A stretch of 64,000 bases of DNA. Source: Vitrella brassicaformis CCMP3155. Its lineage: Eukaryota; Protista; Chromerida. Position 1 is the stretch's first letter, and every line of letters starts with the position of its first letter. The notes below the pieces were generated by a model that worked only from the letters and a program-made list of their open reading frames with translations, did no database searches and had not been told where the DNA came from. Both the position numbers and the translations under genes were made by a program. Shown here one piece after another: positions 33,961 to 46,900 of the stretch. Location: positions 62,001 through 126,000 of the forward strand of contig CDMY01000821.1 in the NCBI GenBank assembly GCA_001179505.1, written 5' to 3'.

Positions 33961-36302
33961 ATGGCGAGCACCGCCACAACTCGTAAGCGAGGAAAGAAGA
34001 GCTATGCATGATCTCGTCTGTGTCCCGTCTGGAGCATCACGAGGCCTCCCAGCAGCTGATGACGACTCTGCGCGTGTGTGTGTTTGTGTTCAGGTCGCAA
34101 GAGTCTCCATCCGCTGCCCATCCTTGATGAAACCGCCCTCCTGGAGGTAACGAACGGAACAAGAAAGGACAACCGAGAGGTGCAGACAACGCGTTGTTCC
34201 TGCGTGTCCTTTTTTTAGGCATTCTCGGCAGAAGGCGTCAAGGAGCGCCATGCGCACACCATCTGGCGGCACGTGGTGCAGCAGCGGGAGGCTCTCGACT
34301 CCATCCACGACAAGGTCAACATCCCACACAAGGCGCACGACATCATCACAACGCGATTCGCACGCACCACCTCGCGCGTTGTCGAACGATCCGACTCATC
34401 CGGTATACGTGTACACACGCACCGCCAGACAGTGCCGGCCGAGAGATGCATCTTGTGCGTGTGTGTGTGTGTGTGTGAATGTCCACCATAGACGGTTCGA
34501 CAACCAAGCTGTTGATAGAGCTGCAGGACGGGCGGCGCATTGAGACTGTCATCATGCGATACGGCCACGTGCAGCTGAGGTCCTTCCCAGAGCAGCTGCA
34601 GCTGCGGCGCGACGACGGGTCTGTGGAGTTCCGGTCGTCCAGAAGGGCCACCGTCTGCATATCCTCTCAAGTCGGCTGCCAAATGGGATGCACCTTCTGG
34701 TACGAGGAGAACGGACCGATAGACAGACAGACGTTGGTTGACCCACACGCCGGCCATGCAGCAATGCAATGGTGGTGTGTCTTGTGTTGTGGTGTGTTGT
34801 GGTGTGTTGTGGTGTGTTGTGTGTTTTGTGAATCCGTTCATTCGTTGATTCAGTGCGACGGGTACGATGGGTCTGTTGTCGAATTTGACGTCTGGTGAGA
34901 TCCTGGAGCAGCTCTACCACGCAAACGGGGTCGAAAGGATACGGAACGTCGTCTTCATGGGGTAAGCAAGGGAAGGACACTACACTCTGACAGAAGATAC
35001 AATACACACTTGGATGGATGGATGGATGGCCTCTTCTCCTTGTGTGCTTGATCGGATCGATCAGGATGGGAGGTACGCACCGCAGAGCTGCTGTCCTGTC
35101 CTGTCCATGCACTCACTCATCGCCACGACACACCATGTTCGTCGTGACACGTGCTGTGCTGTGCTGTGCTGTTGCCTTGCTTGTTTGCCCCCCGCAGAGC
35201 CTCTAGACAACTACGAGGAGGTGCTCAAGGCCATCCGTGCCATGACGGATGCGCGGCGATTCAACCTCTCCCCCACACGCATCTCCATCTCTACCGTGGG
35301 CGTCGTCAAAAGACTCAGACAACTCGCCACTGACGCACCAGGTAGGTACAGTCACTTACACGCACCATGTGACGTGACACACACCTATACTCACATGGGA
35401 TGCACATCCCATGTGTGTGTATGCTATGTTATGTGCAGGTGTGTCCCTTGCTTTGTCGCTGCACGCGCCCACGCAGGAGTTGCGGAGCGTGATAGTGCCG
35501 ACCTCCAAGGCATGGCCGCTCGAGCGGATCCTCGAGGCCACGGACCACTTCATCCGGTCTTCCAAGAAGCTCTCGTCACGATATCACAAAAACCAGGTCG
35601 GTGAGGGGATGCATACAAAGCTTGTGCTCTCAGGGTAAGGGCACGCTTTGATATATGGAAACTTGATTGGGTTGTGTCATTGTCATTGTGTGTGTCAGGC
35701 TGTGACGATGGAGTACGTGTTGATATCGGGGGTCAACTCATCGGAGGAGACCGCACACCAACTCGGCAAGCTGCTCCAGCCGAGGAAAGACGGTCAGAGC
35801 CTCAGCACAGCACAGGCAGACCGACACACGAACCGAAACGGAGAGACGTCTGTGTCTTGTCTGTCTATGTGCGTGTGCAGATGTGTGTCTGAATGTGATC
35901 CCCTACAACCCCACCGACGTGCCCTTCGACTACCAGCCGCCGTCAGCCAGCGAGACCGAGGCGTTCGGCAGCATCGTACGCTCCCACGGCATTACCGTCA
36001 CCGTCAGACAAGAGCTCGGACAGGACATCGCGTCTGCATGTGGGCAGCTGGTCGTGACGCGAGAGAAGGACAGGGCCGATGCGCCGACGTCGGCGGACAT
36101 CGAGCAGGCATCTGTTGCTCGGAGCGAGAGTCGGTGGCACACGACGCAGTTTCGCCGATGGATGACACCCACTCGGCAATTGATTAAGAGGGAGAGGGGT
36201 GTAGGTGCGCTGAGATGGGGAGTGCTAGGCCTTTCGGTTGCGTGTTGCGCTGCACTTGCTGTCGGCATGGTGGTGATGAGACAAAGGCGGACAGTCAGAT
36301 AG
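33961..36302 (+). CDS. rlmN: RlmN/Cfr-family radical SAM RNA methyltransferase (RlmN-like), multi-exon
   Basis: [42 protein letters not shown] (CxxxCxxC), RNVVFMGMGEPLDNY, ISTVG, LALSLHAP, EYVLISGVN, NVIPYNP and RQELGQDIASACGQL (methyl-carrier Cys). Confidence 0.92.
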
Positions 36303-36421
36303 CTAGTGGGAGGAGAACTGACTGACCGCCGGCGCCTTCTCGCGTTGAGGTGCATTGGGTGCGGATGGAATGGATGAGTTGTGGAACTGTGAGATGTGTG
36401 TGCATGAATAAATGTGACTGA

Positions 36422-36477
36422 CATGGAAAGGGCGAAGCCATGGATGCCGCATGGAAAGGGCGAAGCCATGGATGCCG
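36422..36477. repeat. Perfect 28-bp tandem duplication downstream of RlmN
   Basis: CATGGAAAGGGCGAAGCCATGGATGCCG twice in tandem. Confidence 0.9.
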
Positions 36478-36697
36478 CACCGCGCCAGTGATATTGCTAA
36501 GCTCCAACTTGAAGGCCCTCCGTTTCGTTTCCCCTCATGCCATGCACGGGGATGAGAACTCGCTGGAGGAATGATCTGTGCTGGAGATGCGAAAGGAAGA
36601 GGGGAGGAAGAGCGCCTCAAGTGAAACAAAAAGCTCGCACACATTTCGTGAAACTGCTCGCGAAGCCGCGAAGAAGAAGCAACCACCGTCGGCCACC

Positions 36698-37627
36698 ATG
36701 GGTTCAGGTGAGGAGGAGGAAGCACCAGCGACACAAAGACACGACAGATCCCGACAATCCGTGACGCCACGGATGACCTCTCCGCTGTTTGTCTGTCCCC
36801 GGTGTGGTTGTGTGTTCAGGCAAGCCTCACGGAATATTGGCGGCGCGTAAGCTGGTCAACCGCCGCAAGCGTGAACTGTAAGCACACCGCATCCCTCTCG
36901 TCACCGGGAGGGCGAGGGGAGGGGGGACAGACAGACCGGTGTGGACGTTCCCTCCTCTCTGTGTGTCGTCTGTGGTTGTGTGTGTGGCGGTGTAGATGGG
37001 CTGACAAGCAATACAAGCTTGCGAACCTCGGCACTCGGTGGAAGGCCAATCCCTTCGGCGGCACTTCACACGCCAAGGGCATCGTCGTCGAGCGAGTCGG
37101 CATCGAGGCCAAACAGGTGGGTGCGGTGCTGACACACCGTCCACACACAAAGGACGACACGACACGCGGCTGTCCTCATGTCCACGTGTGTGGCGGCGCC
37201 TGCCTGCTTGTCTATGTCTGTGTGGATGTGCGTGTGTGCGTGCAGCCGAACTCTGCCATTCGTAAGTCTGTTCGCGTGCAGCTGATCAAGAACGGCAAGA
37301 AGATCACCGCCTTCGTCCCCAGGGACGGCTGCCTCAACTTCATCGACGAAAACGACGAGGTCACAAAACACACCCGCAGGCCAACACACAACACACAACC
37401 CAACCACACGGTTGGTTCTTTTGTGGGTCTGTCTGGTGATGTATGTGTGTGTGTTGCGTGCGTGTGGTGTTATGGTGTATGAGGACACACAGGTGTTGGT
37501 TGCCGGCCTTGGTCGCAGCGGTCACTCTGTGGGCGATTTGCCGGGTGTGCGTTTCAAGGTCGTCAAGGTGTCGGGCGTGTCGCTGCTCGCACTCTTCAAG
37601 GAGAAGAAGGAGAAGCCGAGGTCATAG
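36698..37627 (+). CDS. RPS23: 40S ribosomal protein S23 (uS12), 5 exons
   Basis: [126 protein letters not shown]. Confidence 0.98.
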
Positions 37628-38885
37628 ACACCCCAGCATGAGACGCGACGATGCTCGGAGCGGTGTCTGCCAGACGGACGCACCACGATCATGTGTGCAT
37701 GTTTGATTGATGCATTCATGTCGGTCAGGAGTGCCCGTGTGGATGTGTGCGCATGGCAGAGTGGACTGGACGTACACGTGAGTGACGTGAGTGACCTGTC
37801 TTATCTGAATCTGTGCGTGTGATCCGATAACCGTGGGAGTTTGCCAATTACTTACGTGGCTAACTGGAGTGTACAACCAACTACATGCAATCAATGCACA
37901 ACCTCCCGCGTGCACACGCCCATCCCATCCCATCCCACACGTAGACGCCGCGTCCAGTTGCATTCATTCGTGGGCCACTGACTGCACTGCATGTGTGTGG
38001 GAAAGCCAGTGGCGCCTGTGCAACGATCGATGGCAGTGAGCTGAGGTGAGGATGTAATATCAATGGGCGGCAGAGAGACAGCTGACAGACAGACAGACTG
38101 ACAGACAGACAAGACAGACATCCAAATCGACCGCGTGCCATTTGGAATACATAGACACTCACGCCACACAAAAGCATCCCGTGATGCATGCAAAAAAGTG
38201 GTTGCGTGTGTGTGTGTACCGAACACTGCCGAGAGCTCGACTCTGTTGTCCTTCCACTCACCACGGCGGCCAGTGCTCGCTGCTGTGTTACCACCCTAGC
38301 GCTTTCCCCAGCTCAGTATTACCCCAAGACGTCCGGCCCTACGGCCAGCCGACTTTGCGTACCGAAGCGTTGGACAGGGCAGTTTCGATTGCTCCGATGG
38401 CTGCGGCAGCACACACATCCAGCAACCAAACAGGCCGAAACCCGTAACATATGGTAGGAAAAGGTGATAAACCGCGTCCATTCGAATCCTTTCGATGCCA
38501 GATGGGTGGAGTGGTTGTGGATAGATCTCCGTCAATTGATCTCCGTGCGGGGCATGATGCATCCAATGCTCTCAGCCCTCCAATCACAGCGTACAGCCGA
38601 GATCTGCGCCAGAGCTGCTCCCACCCTTTGCCAGCAAGGAGAGCGTCATGAGTTCGATCCATCATGATCATTCATTCATTCATCCATTTATTCATTCGAG
38701 CGTCCTCATGAACACACAAGGCATTCATTCGGACGATGCAAGCAGCACTGCGGGACACCCTGCAATGACCAGGGCGGCAAGTCCGAAGAACGGCCATGCA
38801 TCGTGAATACAGACATACATACGTGTGTCCACCTCATTCCTGTCTGTCTGTCCGTCCGTCCGTCCAAGTGTCAGTGTCTTCTCAG

Positions 38886-41800
38886 CTAGAGGGGCGGCAG
38901 CTGTCGGTAGAATGACCTCCTGGTGGCAAAGAATGCCCTACTCAGCCGTCCCTCCAGCACCCACCTGTCCACACCCACCGCACCGCTGCCCTCCTCACCA
39001 ACTGGCGGGAAAGACTCATCCGCCTCCTCCATCTGACAACAGAAACCAAACCGACGTGCTCACCTCACAAGCGGGATCGCGTACGTATACATGCGTGTTG
39101 GATGGCTGGCTGCAGCCCCTCCCTGACTCACCTGCTTCTTGAGCGATGCGGCTCGGTCGACGACCACATACCCTCGCGGGGCGCCGAACATGACCTGCAT
39201 TGCATTGCATCGCATCGCATGCACCAGCAGCCAGCAGCCACAGGTGTTGTGCTCACGGCTGACATGACACACCGCCCCCCCTCCCCAGCCAGCCACCCAC
39301 ATACCTCTTTGTGGTCGCCCGATGTGTGTAGCAGCTTCTGCAGGTCGACCAGCCGAGCAGACCCCATCAGCAGGGGCTCACTCGGGGGCGGCATGCCCTC
39401 GTCCGCACCCATGTCTTCAGCCTCCATTACAGCCTGGTCTGCACCCCTAGCACCTGCAGCTGGACCCGACTCGGATGGCTCCACCTTGACCTTGACGAGA
39501 GGCTGTTGGTGAGTGCCGTCTGTAGCGGCGGCGGCTGGGTGTTGCTGTCTGTCGGAAAGGCCCCAGTCAACGCCGCCTGCAGACCTGCGATCAAGGAAAT
39601 CGACACGTGTGTACAATATATGTGACTGGCTGGCTGCCTCTCCCTCCCTCCCTCCCTCCCTGCCTCCCTCTCCTACCCCTGCGTGCCGCCGGCATCCCTC
39701 TGCATGTCGCCGACCACCACCGCCACAAACGAGGGCATCGCCGGCTCTTCCCTCCTCTCTGCCGCCGCAGCGGCAGCCTCCTCACGGCCCCCCTTGCCCT
39801 GCCCCCGCCCACCACCTCCCACTCCTGGTGCTGGTGCGGGTAGGTTGACGAGAGCGGGCGGGCGGCGGCCCCTCGCGTCCACCTTGCTGAACTTGAGCTG
39901 CTCCCACAAGTCCGGCGGGATGCGGATCGTCCGCTTCAACGTGGGCAGGCGGATCTCCACCGACTGGAACTGAAGCAGAAAGGGCGGCAGCAGGGGGTGG
40001 GGGGCGTCGGGGGGCGGAGGCTGCTGTTGGTCTTGCTGCAGTTGCTGCTGGAGGGATTGGAGGTCGGCGAGAGAGGGGAGGGGGGCGCAGGGGTGGATCT
40101 GAGGCGGGTCGGCTGTGTTGGACAGGCTGGACGAGAGAAGTGACGCGCTGTGGGGGCCGCCGATGTTGGCAAAGTCGGGGAGAAGGACCACGTGGCGGGG
40201 CTTGAGCCGCTTGATGAAGTGGCACGCGCTCACCCCGTCGGCCACCCCTTCCTGGCCGTGCAGCACCTGCAGTATGTGTGTGTGCATCCATTCATTCCAT
40301 CAGACAGACACCTAGACGAGACACCTCTGCACTGTGTGTACCCGTATGGCGACCCTGATGACGACTGAGATTTCCTCCTCCACATACGTGTGAGGGTCCT
40401 CGCCCAGCCACTCCCTACAACACAACACAACACAACACAACACAGACAAGGCAAACGCACTAATGCACACATCAACCCGCCCCCTCCCTCTAGGTGTGCC
40501 ACCTGAGCTGTGCCTTCCAGTCAGGCTCCTCCTCACCCACACCGGCCCTCTGCTGCTCACCACCCTCGCCCATCGCCCACCCGTCCAGGCCACCACCTCC
40601 ACCCCTTCCGTCCACACCGACCTCTCCCTCCCTCTCCGTTTTGACACGGAACTTGAACCACTCCCTTCTCGGCTGCTGGGGTGGTTGACCTGTCGTCTGC
40701 GGTGCATACCCGCCGCCCATCGCCGGCCGGCCCGGCTGGCCCTTGCGCTTGAACCGGCCAGCCAGACCCCTTGGTGGCTCGGGGGGGAGGGAGGAGGGGG
40801 TGCCACCGAGGGGGAGGGAGTTGTCGGCTTGGCCCGTGGCGGACTGCCAGGTGTCGAGCTCCTCTTCCGTGAGGGTCTCGCCGAACTCGTTGGCCTGCCG
40901 CTTCCTCTCGGTGTGGCTGAAGGTCCGTTGGCACCAGTCCCTTGGCCCGCCGAAGTCTGCCGATGACGACAGCAGCCTCTCACCACGCGGCATCTTCACC
41001 ACCGACGACTGACGCCGCGGAGGCCTCTGGCCGCCAGGACCATCCTCACCGACGCCCATCGGCACGTCGGTGTCTTCCTGCTTGATAGTGACCGGGTGGC
41101 TGGTGGAATCGTCGGGTGGTGCGGGGGCCATGGGTGTGTCGGCTGAAGGCTGCTCGGGAGGCCGCTGGCTCGCCATCAGGGCTCTCTGCTCCTCATACAA
41201 CGCACGCAGCTCGGAATCGGGCAAAGGCACCTGAACAAAGGCACAGAGGTTATAGGTTGTGTACCCACCCACCCTGTCGATCGAATTGCTGGTTCTCACT
41301 CACTGACTGACTGACCTTCCTTTTGCGCACGATGGTGACAGGCCGGCTCTGTTGCCGCGTCGGCATGGTGGTCCGCCCTCTGTCACTGCCAAATGCGAAG
41401 CTGTGCGCCAGCCTCTCGGCGAGTGAGCCGCTGGGGGGCGGGGTGAAAAAGATGACCGTGTTGCTCGGGTCGGGGGCGAGCTTCAGAAAGACCTCCTGAC
41501 ATTCACATACACATACATACATAGGGGGAAAAGGGGAAGAGGGTCTCACCCACTCACTGCCTGTCCGTCTGTCTGTGCGTTTGTATGTTTCCTTACCTGT
41601 GCAGGTCCCCCTTCGAGTGTGGCTGGTGTGGCCAGCACGAGCTTGGGTCGGTCCGGTAGAGACTCGTACTGTCGGACATAACATACACAGACAGAGCAAG
41701 AAGCGTGCGTCGTGTATGGTGTGGTGGGTGACATACAAACCTCTTGCAGTGAGTTGCAGACAGTCAGGTGTTTCATCGGGTGGAACGGATTCGTCCTGAC

Positions 41801-42924
41801 CGATCAATCGACGGATCGGGTCACCACACACAGTGAGGTAGCCAACATGGATATCCACAGGATGCTCAGGCGTCGGCGCACCGCACCCACCCCACCGACC
41901 TGTTTGTGTCAAAGTTGTTTCGGATCCGCTCCGACATCCACTCGAGCAACGTCCGGGCGAAGAGCAATATCGGCTCCCTGACACACAAACACACACATGG
42001 CATGGACCACACACACACACATCCATTATGTGAATGCCGTCCGGCCGTGTGTGCAGGTGTGCTTACGCGACAGGCGATAGGAACACAATGGGATAGTATG
42101 AGAGACCGGCGCTTCGCGTCCACGCCGCGTCGAAGTACAGCAGCAGCTCAAAGATGCGACCTGACACCACAACACAACACAACCAACCGACCTTCGTTGT
42201 CCGTCTCTGCCTTCGTTCGTTCCTTCGTTCGTCGGGCCAGACCTGTCGGCTCGATGGGGATGAGCACAGTGCCCTTCCTCCCACGGAGTGTCTGGGACAC
42301 AATCTCTGCTCACACAGCGCAGCGCAGCACAGCACACATACGGATGAAGGGAGGCAGGTGCGTGACAGTCCAGCCATCCGCGTGTGTGGGTGCTTTGCTA
42401 ACTAAAAAGCGCGGCGCCCTCTGTGGGTTTCTCCAACAGCTCCTCCAGCGACGCATCTGACGCACGACAGACAGACAGACAGACAGACAGATATACCACA
42501 AGTCCTCTCTCTGTGGGCTTTCTCCTGTCCCTTGCTTTGCTTGCGTGTCCCCACCCACCCACCCCTTGTAGGCGAGAAGTGCTGCATCATGAGCCATGAT
42601 GAGAGGGGAGGTGGCGGCGGGGGCATGATCCACACTGCAGGACGGCTGCGGCTCGTCAAGATGCTCAGACAACCGTCCAAATGCCTGCAGACAGAGAACC
42701 ACAAACACAGAGACGTCCATCTCCACATGCAGTGCAGGCACGCATTTTATTGTGTCGTCGAGCAGAATGTGCCTTGCCTTTCGGGTTTGGGTGTCCATTT
42801 GGTGGCGAATAGAATCTCTTGGCATCCCACTTTGATGCTCCAGACGGTGCCGCCCAGGCTATACCCTGACGGCAATGCCTCGATCGTCACCTCGTCGCGC
42901 ACACCATCAGACATTGCCTCCTCT

Positions 42925-42958
<34 letters not shown>

Positions 42959-43780
42959 GTGAGCGTTCGTCCCTCCCCGCCCTGCCTGCCTGCGTCCTTA
43001 CCATTGGTGTTCGGTCGAGTGAGTGGCACCGGCTGGTGGTATCTGAGCCTATGGCACTGCTCGAAGGCCTCATCGATGTCGTCCAGCGACAAATCCACAG
43101 ACGACTGCTGCCCACCCTCACCGGCACCCTCACCGGCAGCAGCAGCTGCTGCTGCAGCACCGCTGGCCATGCCTTGCTGCTTGTGCTGGTACGGTCGGTA
43201 AGGGGTGTTGAGGTACACGTCGTATAAGGCCATGCGCGCGAGGCGGAGAACGGGCTCGGTGCAGTACACACGACGAGCCTGCGACACACACAGACAGACA
43301 ACCCGGTGAACTGAACGTGCGGGCGTATGACAGGTCGGTGTCAGTCAGAGTGTGGGAAGTCAGTCACCTGTGTGTCGCCCTCGGCTGTCCTGAAGAATGG
43401 CGCCCATTGTGAGAGGAGGAAGGGCACCGCGCCGACGTGATCCAGGTCTCCCTGCGTCAGCAGCAGATAGTCTACCGTGCCAACCCATCTGACATCCAAT
43501 TGATCAGCGACGCGATGCGATGACGACACACAGATCAGATCAGATCAGATCAGATCAGCTCTGATCTTCCTCCCTCTCTCTCGGCCGTCGCTCCCTGTCT
43601 CTGAGACTGGACTGCCTTCCTGTGTGTCTGTCTGGCTTACTGTTGTATTGGTTGGAGGAAGTCGGGATCAAAGAATGCGTTCCATCCGCAGTTGACCATG
43701 AGATTGAGGGAGCCGATGCGCACCACGGCGCATTGCTCAGGACCGCCGTACACGGGGATCACCTCCACAACCTCACGCAT
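38886..43780 (-). CDS. CPSF2: Cleavage and polyadenylation specificity factor subunit 2 (CPSF100), catalytically inactive MBL/beta-CASP protein
   Basis: CAVVRIGSLNLMVNCGW, VDYLLLTQGDLDHVGAVP (no HxHxDH motif), VYCTEPVLRLARMALYD, SLDDIDEAF..LRYHQ, SGYSLGGTVWSI, ERHLDG, ARTLLEWMSERI, PKLVLATPATLEGG, NEFGE and C-terminal WVLEGRLSRAFFATRRSFYRQL*. Confidence 0.85.
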
Positions 43781-43933
43781 CTTGCCAGACCCGGGCGGCG
43801 ATCGGACGAAGACTGGGGGTAGCACGCAACGCCCCCAACGCACGTGAGACGCTAAACGCATCGCGGACTTCTAGCTGTAGTTGCCCTGCTGGAGGTTGTT
43901 GCAGTGAGTTGTTGCTGATAGACCAGCGACAAC
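43781..43933. promoter_or_regulatory. Putative bidirectional promoter between CPSF100 and the WD40 gene
   Basis: Divergent ATGs 153 bp apart. Position-based inference only. Confidence 0.45.
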
Positions 43934-46900
43934 ATGGCTTCGGAGGGTCCTGGACCGCTGCCGCCTGGCCCAGGCATGGAGGACGAGAGATCACTCGTCA
44001 TTCAGGTTCGGACGTGTGTATGTATCCACGGCACTCAGCAAGGCACTCGGTCAATCACTCAATCGCCGCGCGTGCCCGTGTGTGTGGATGTGGTTGCATT
44101 GCACTGGTGCAGGTGGTCAAGGGGCAGCTGATGCCCTCCAAGAATTCCTACATCCCCACACTCAAAGAAAACAGAGCTGAATCGCCACCAACTGCTGTTC
44201 TGGTCGGTACTGTACACTCACTAACACACGGCGCATACACACACACACATCTCCTTTCGCCACCTTTCTCTCTCAATGACGTTCTCTCTCAATGACTGAC
44301 GCTTCTGTCCGCAGAAACCCCAGGAAGCCCCTTCAGCTGCGCCAGTGGCGGCCGCCCCAGGCGAGCTGTCAGCAGACGTGTCGCCCGTGTCACGCGCCGC
44401 CCGTGTGAGCCTCCCGTCAGTTGGCGGAGTGAGCGGCGCCCCTACCGTGCGGAGCATTGACACTGACGAGGTGATGTTATGGCTCGACGCGGCTTCCCTA
44501 CACGCCGTCAAGAAGGGATTTGAGTCGCAGGGGGGCGTACTCACACTGCCAGAGGTATGGGAGTGAGTGGAGTGGACGAAGGAACGAGAAAGTCACATTG
44601 TGGACTCTCTGTTATCCATCCATCCATCGATGCATTCAGTTTCTGGAGCTGGTGCTGACGCAGCTGAGCCCGCCGTCCTCATCGGACATCGACCCCAGGA
44701 TGATCCAGCCATCAAAAGGGTCGGTATTGAGAGCATATAGCTGACAGTGGGTGGGTGGCATTGTGTGTGGCTGTTGTCAGGCAGGCAGGTGTCGCGAGGG
44801 GCAGCCCGAAGCACTGGCAGCAGCCGCAGACCAGTGATGAGCACCGCAGACGGACGCCGGAATTCACCGACGAGGAAATCGGTGCGCATGGCGACCGAGG
44901 GCAAGGGACAAGACAGACAGACGGGCAGTGTGGTTGCATTTGTTTGTCCTTTGTGTTTGGCTTTGCCATTCTGCTGTGTATGTATCAGAGCTCCTGACGG
45001 CAGCCATCATTGAGACATTCAGAGTGGTAAGTTCCTCAAGCCTCAGGCGCTCTCTGAATTACACACAGGGACACAATGCATAGGACTGACACCCACTGTG
45101 CTGTGCTTATATATGTCAGGTTGACATGAATGGTGACGGCAAGTTGACCTGGGAGGTGGGAGAGACATACACACATACATATATGTGTGTGTGTGTAATT
45201 TAGTCGCGTCTGTCGGTATGTATGTGGGCTTGTTTGCCTTGCGCAGGAGCTATCCAACTACATTATCGAGCTGGGAATGATCGGCAAGTAAGTCAGCTAG
45301 CGACACATACCATACACCCACCCGTGGGACATTTGTGTACGGGTGTGGTGTGTGTGTGGTTAACTGGGTGGATGCCGCCATCCATATGTGCCTACAGGGA
45401 TCAGTTCAGTGTCGACACCATCAAAAAAGTAAATGAATGAATGACACAGGGCGAGACAGACAGCGTCTGCCATCTTTACGTACGGTGTCTCATCCCATCC
45501 TCCTTCCGTCCCTCCCTCCCTCCCTCCCTCCCTCTCTCCCCCGCCCTGCCACAGTATGAGCCATCCCCCGTACTGGACACCACCAAACACGAGGACACTG
45601 TCGAACGGTACACAGACAGACAGACAGACAGACAGGCGTGTTGCTGCACCGACCGCCACACACACCCCAAATACACACGGCACCTGCTCGCTTCTACGTC
45701 TGTCTGTCTGTCTGTCTGTGTATCTATCTAGTTTGGTGTATTTGGGTGAGCTCGACTCCCTGGTGTGTTTCTCATACAAGAGCAGAATGTTCAGAATATA
45801 CGACCCTGCCAAAGTGAGCGATTTGGGCGCACCGCACCGCAACGCCTGTCTGTGTTAAGTTAATGGCTGGCTGTGTGTATGTATGGCTGTCTGTATGTGT
45901 ATACGTACGAATGTTTATGCGTGTTGATTCATTCAGTGCAGCATTCGCCACGAGGTGGAGGGCCACCGTGGGACGGCAATCACCTGCTGCTGGGTGCCGC
46001 CTTACAACCAAATCGCCACAACGGGTGCTGACATGACTGTGTCTCTGTGGTCGCCCGAGCCGCCCCAGCTGCGGCAGCGGGTCGCCAGCTCGGAGGTCCA
46101 ACTCAGCGTCACATGGGCACACACACTATGGAGGTACGCAGCGCAGCCCACCGAGACACGCAGTCTCATCAAGACACCATACCGCTCCTCTCTCTGTCTG
46201 TTGTGTGTTGTGGGTGTACAGTGGCGGCATCGAGGGTTCGTTGACGGCCTGGAATCTGAGCACACTGACCGCCACGTCAGTCCGCAAATGCCACAGAGGA
46301 CCGCTGCACGACCTCACTCTCGTCACAGGCACCACACCAACCAGCCACACCCTCTCCCCCACCCCACACACCCATACACGCGTGCATGTGTGTGTCTGTG
46401 GTCGATCAGATTTGGACATGCTAGCGTCGTGCAGCGACGACAGCCTGATCCACCTGTGGGACATGACGCAGGCGCGCGTCAAAAAAACTTTGAAGGGCCA
46501 CCACAAGGGGGTCTTCTCCCTCTCCTACTCGAGCGACTACCACGTGCTCTTCTCGGCGGGACTCGACCAGGACGCACTGGCCTGGAACCCGTATGTGGAG
46601 CGGGCGCCGATATTCCGGATGAAGGGCCACGCACACGCGCTGTGCGGGGTGCAGGTGCTGCCGGGGACGCCGCAGATTATCACGGCTGACGTTGCTGGTG
46701 GGTGCGATACGATGCTGACACACACGTGGATGAGACACATGTGGTCCCTCTCTTTCTTTGTGGCTTGGTGTCTGTTGGTGTGGCGTGCAGGCACCTTGCG
46801 TCTGTGGGACGTGCGTAACTTCCGTGTGGTTCAGAGTTTTGGCGCGTCAGAGGCGCTCAGAGACCTCAACACATTTGCAGTCATGCCCAAACACAAACGG

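Noticed and set aside
43410-43480. Loss of the HxHxDH metal motif read as pseudogenisation of an MBL nuclease
   Set aside because: This is expected for CPSF100, the naturally inactive partner of CPSF73.
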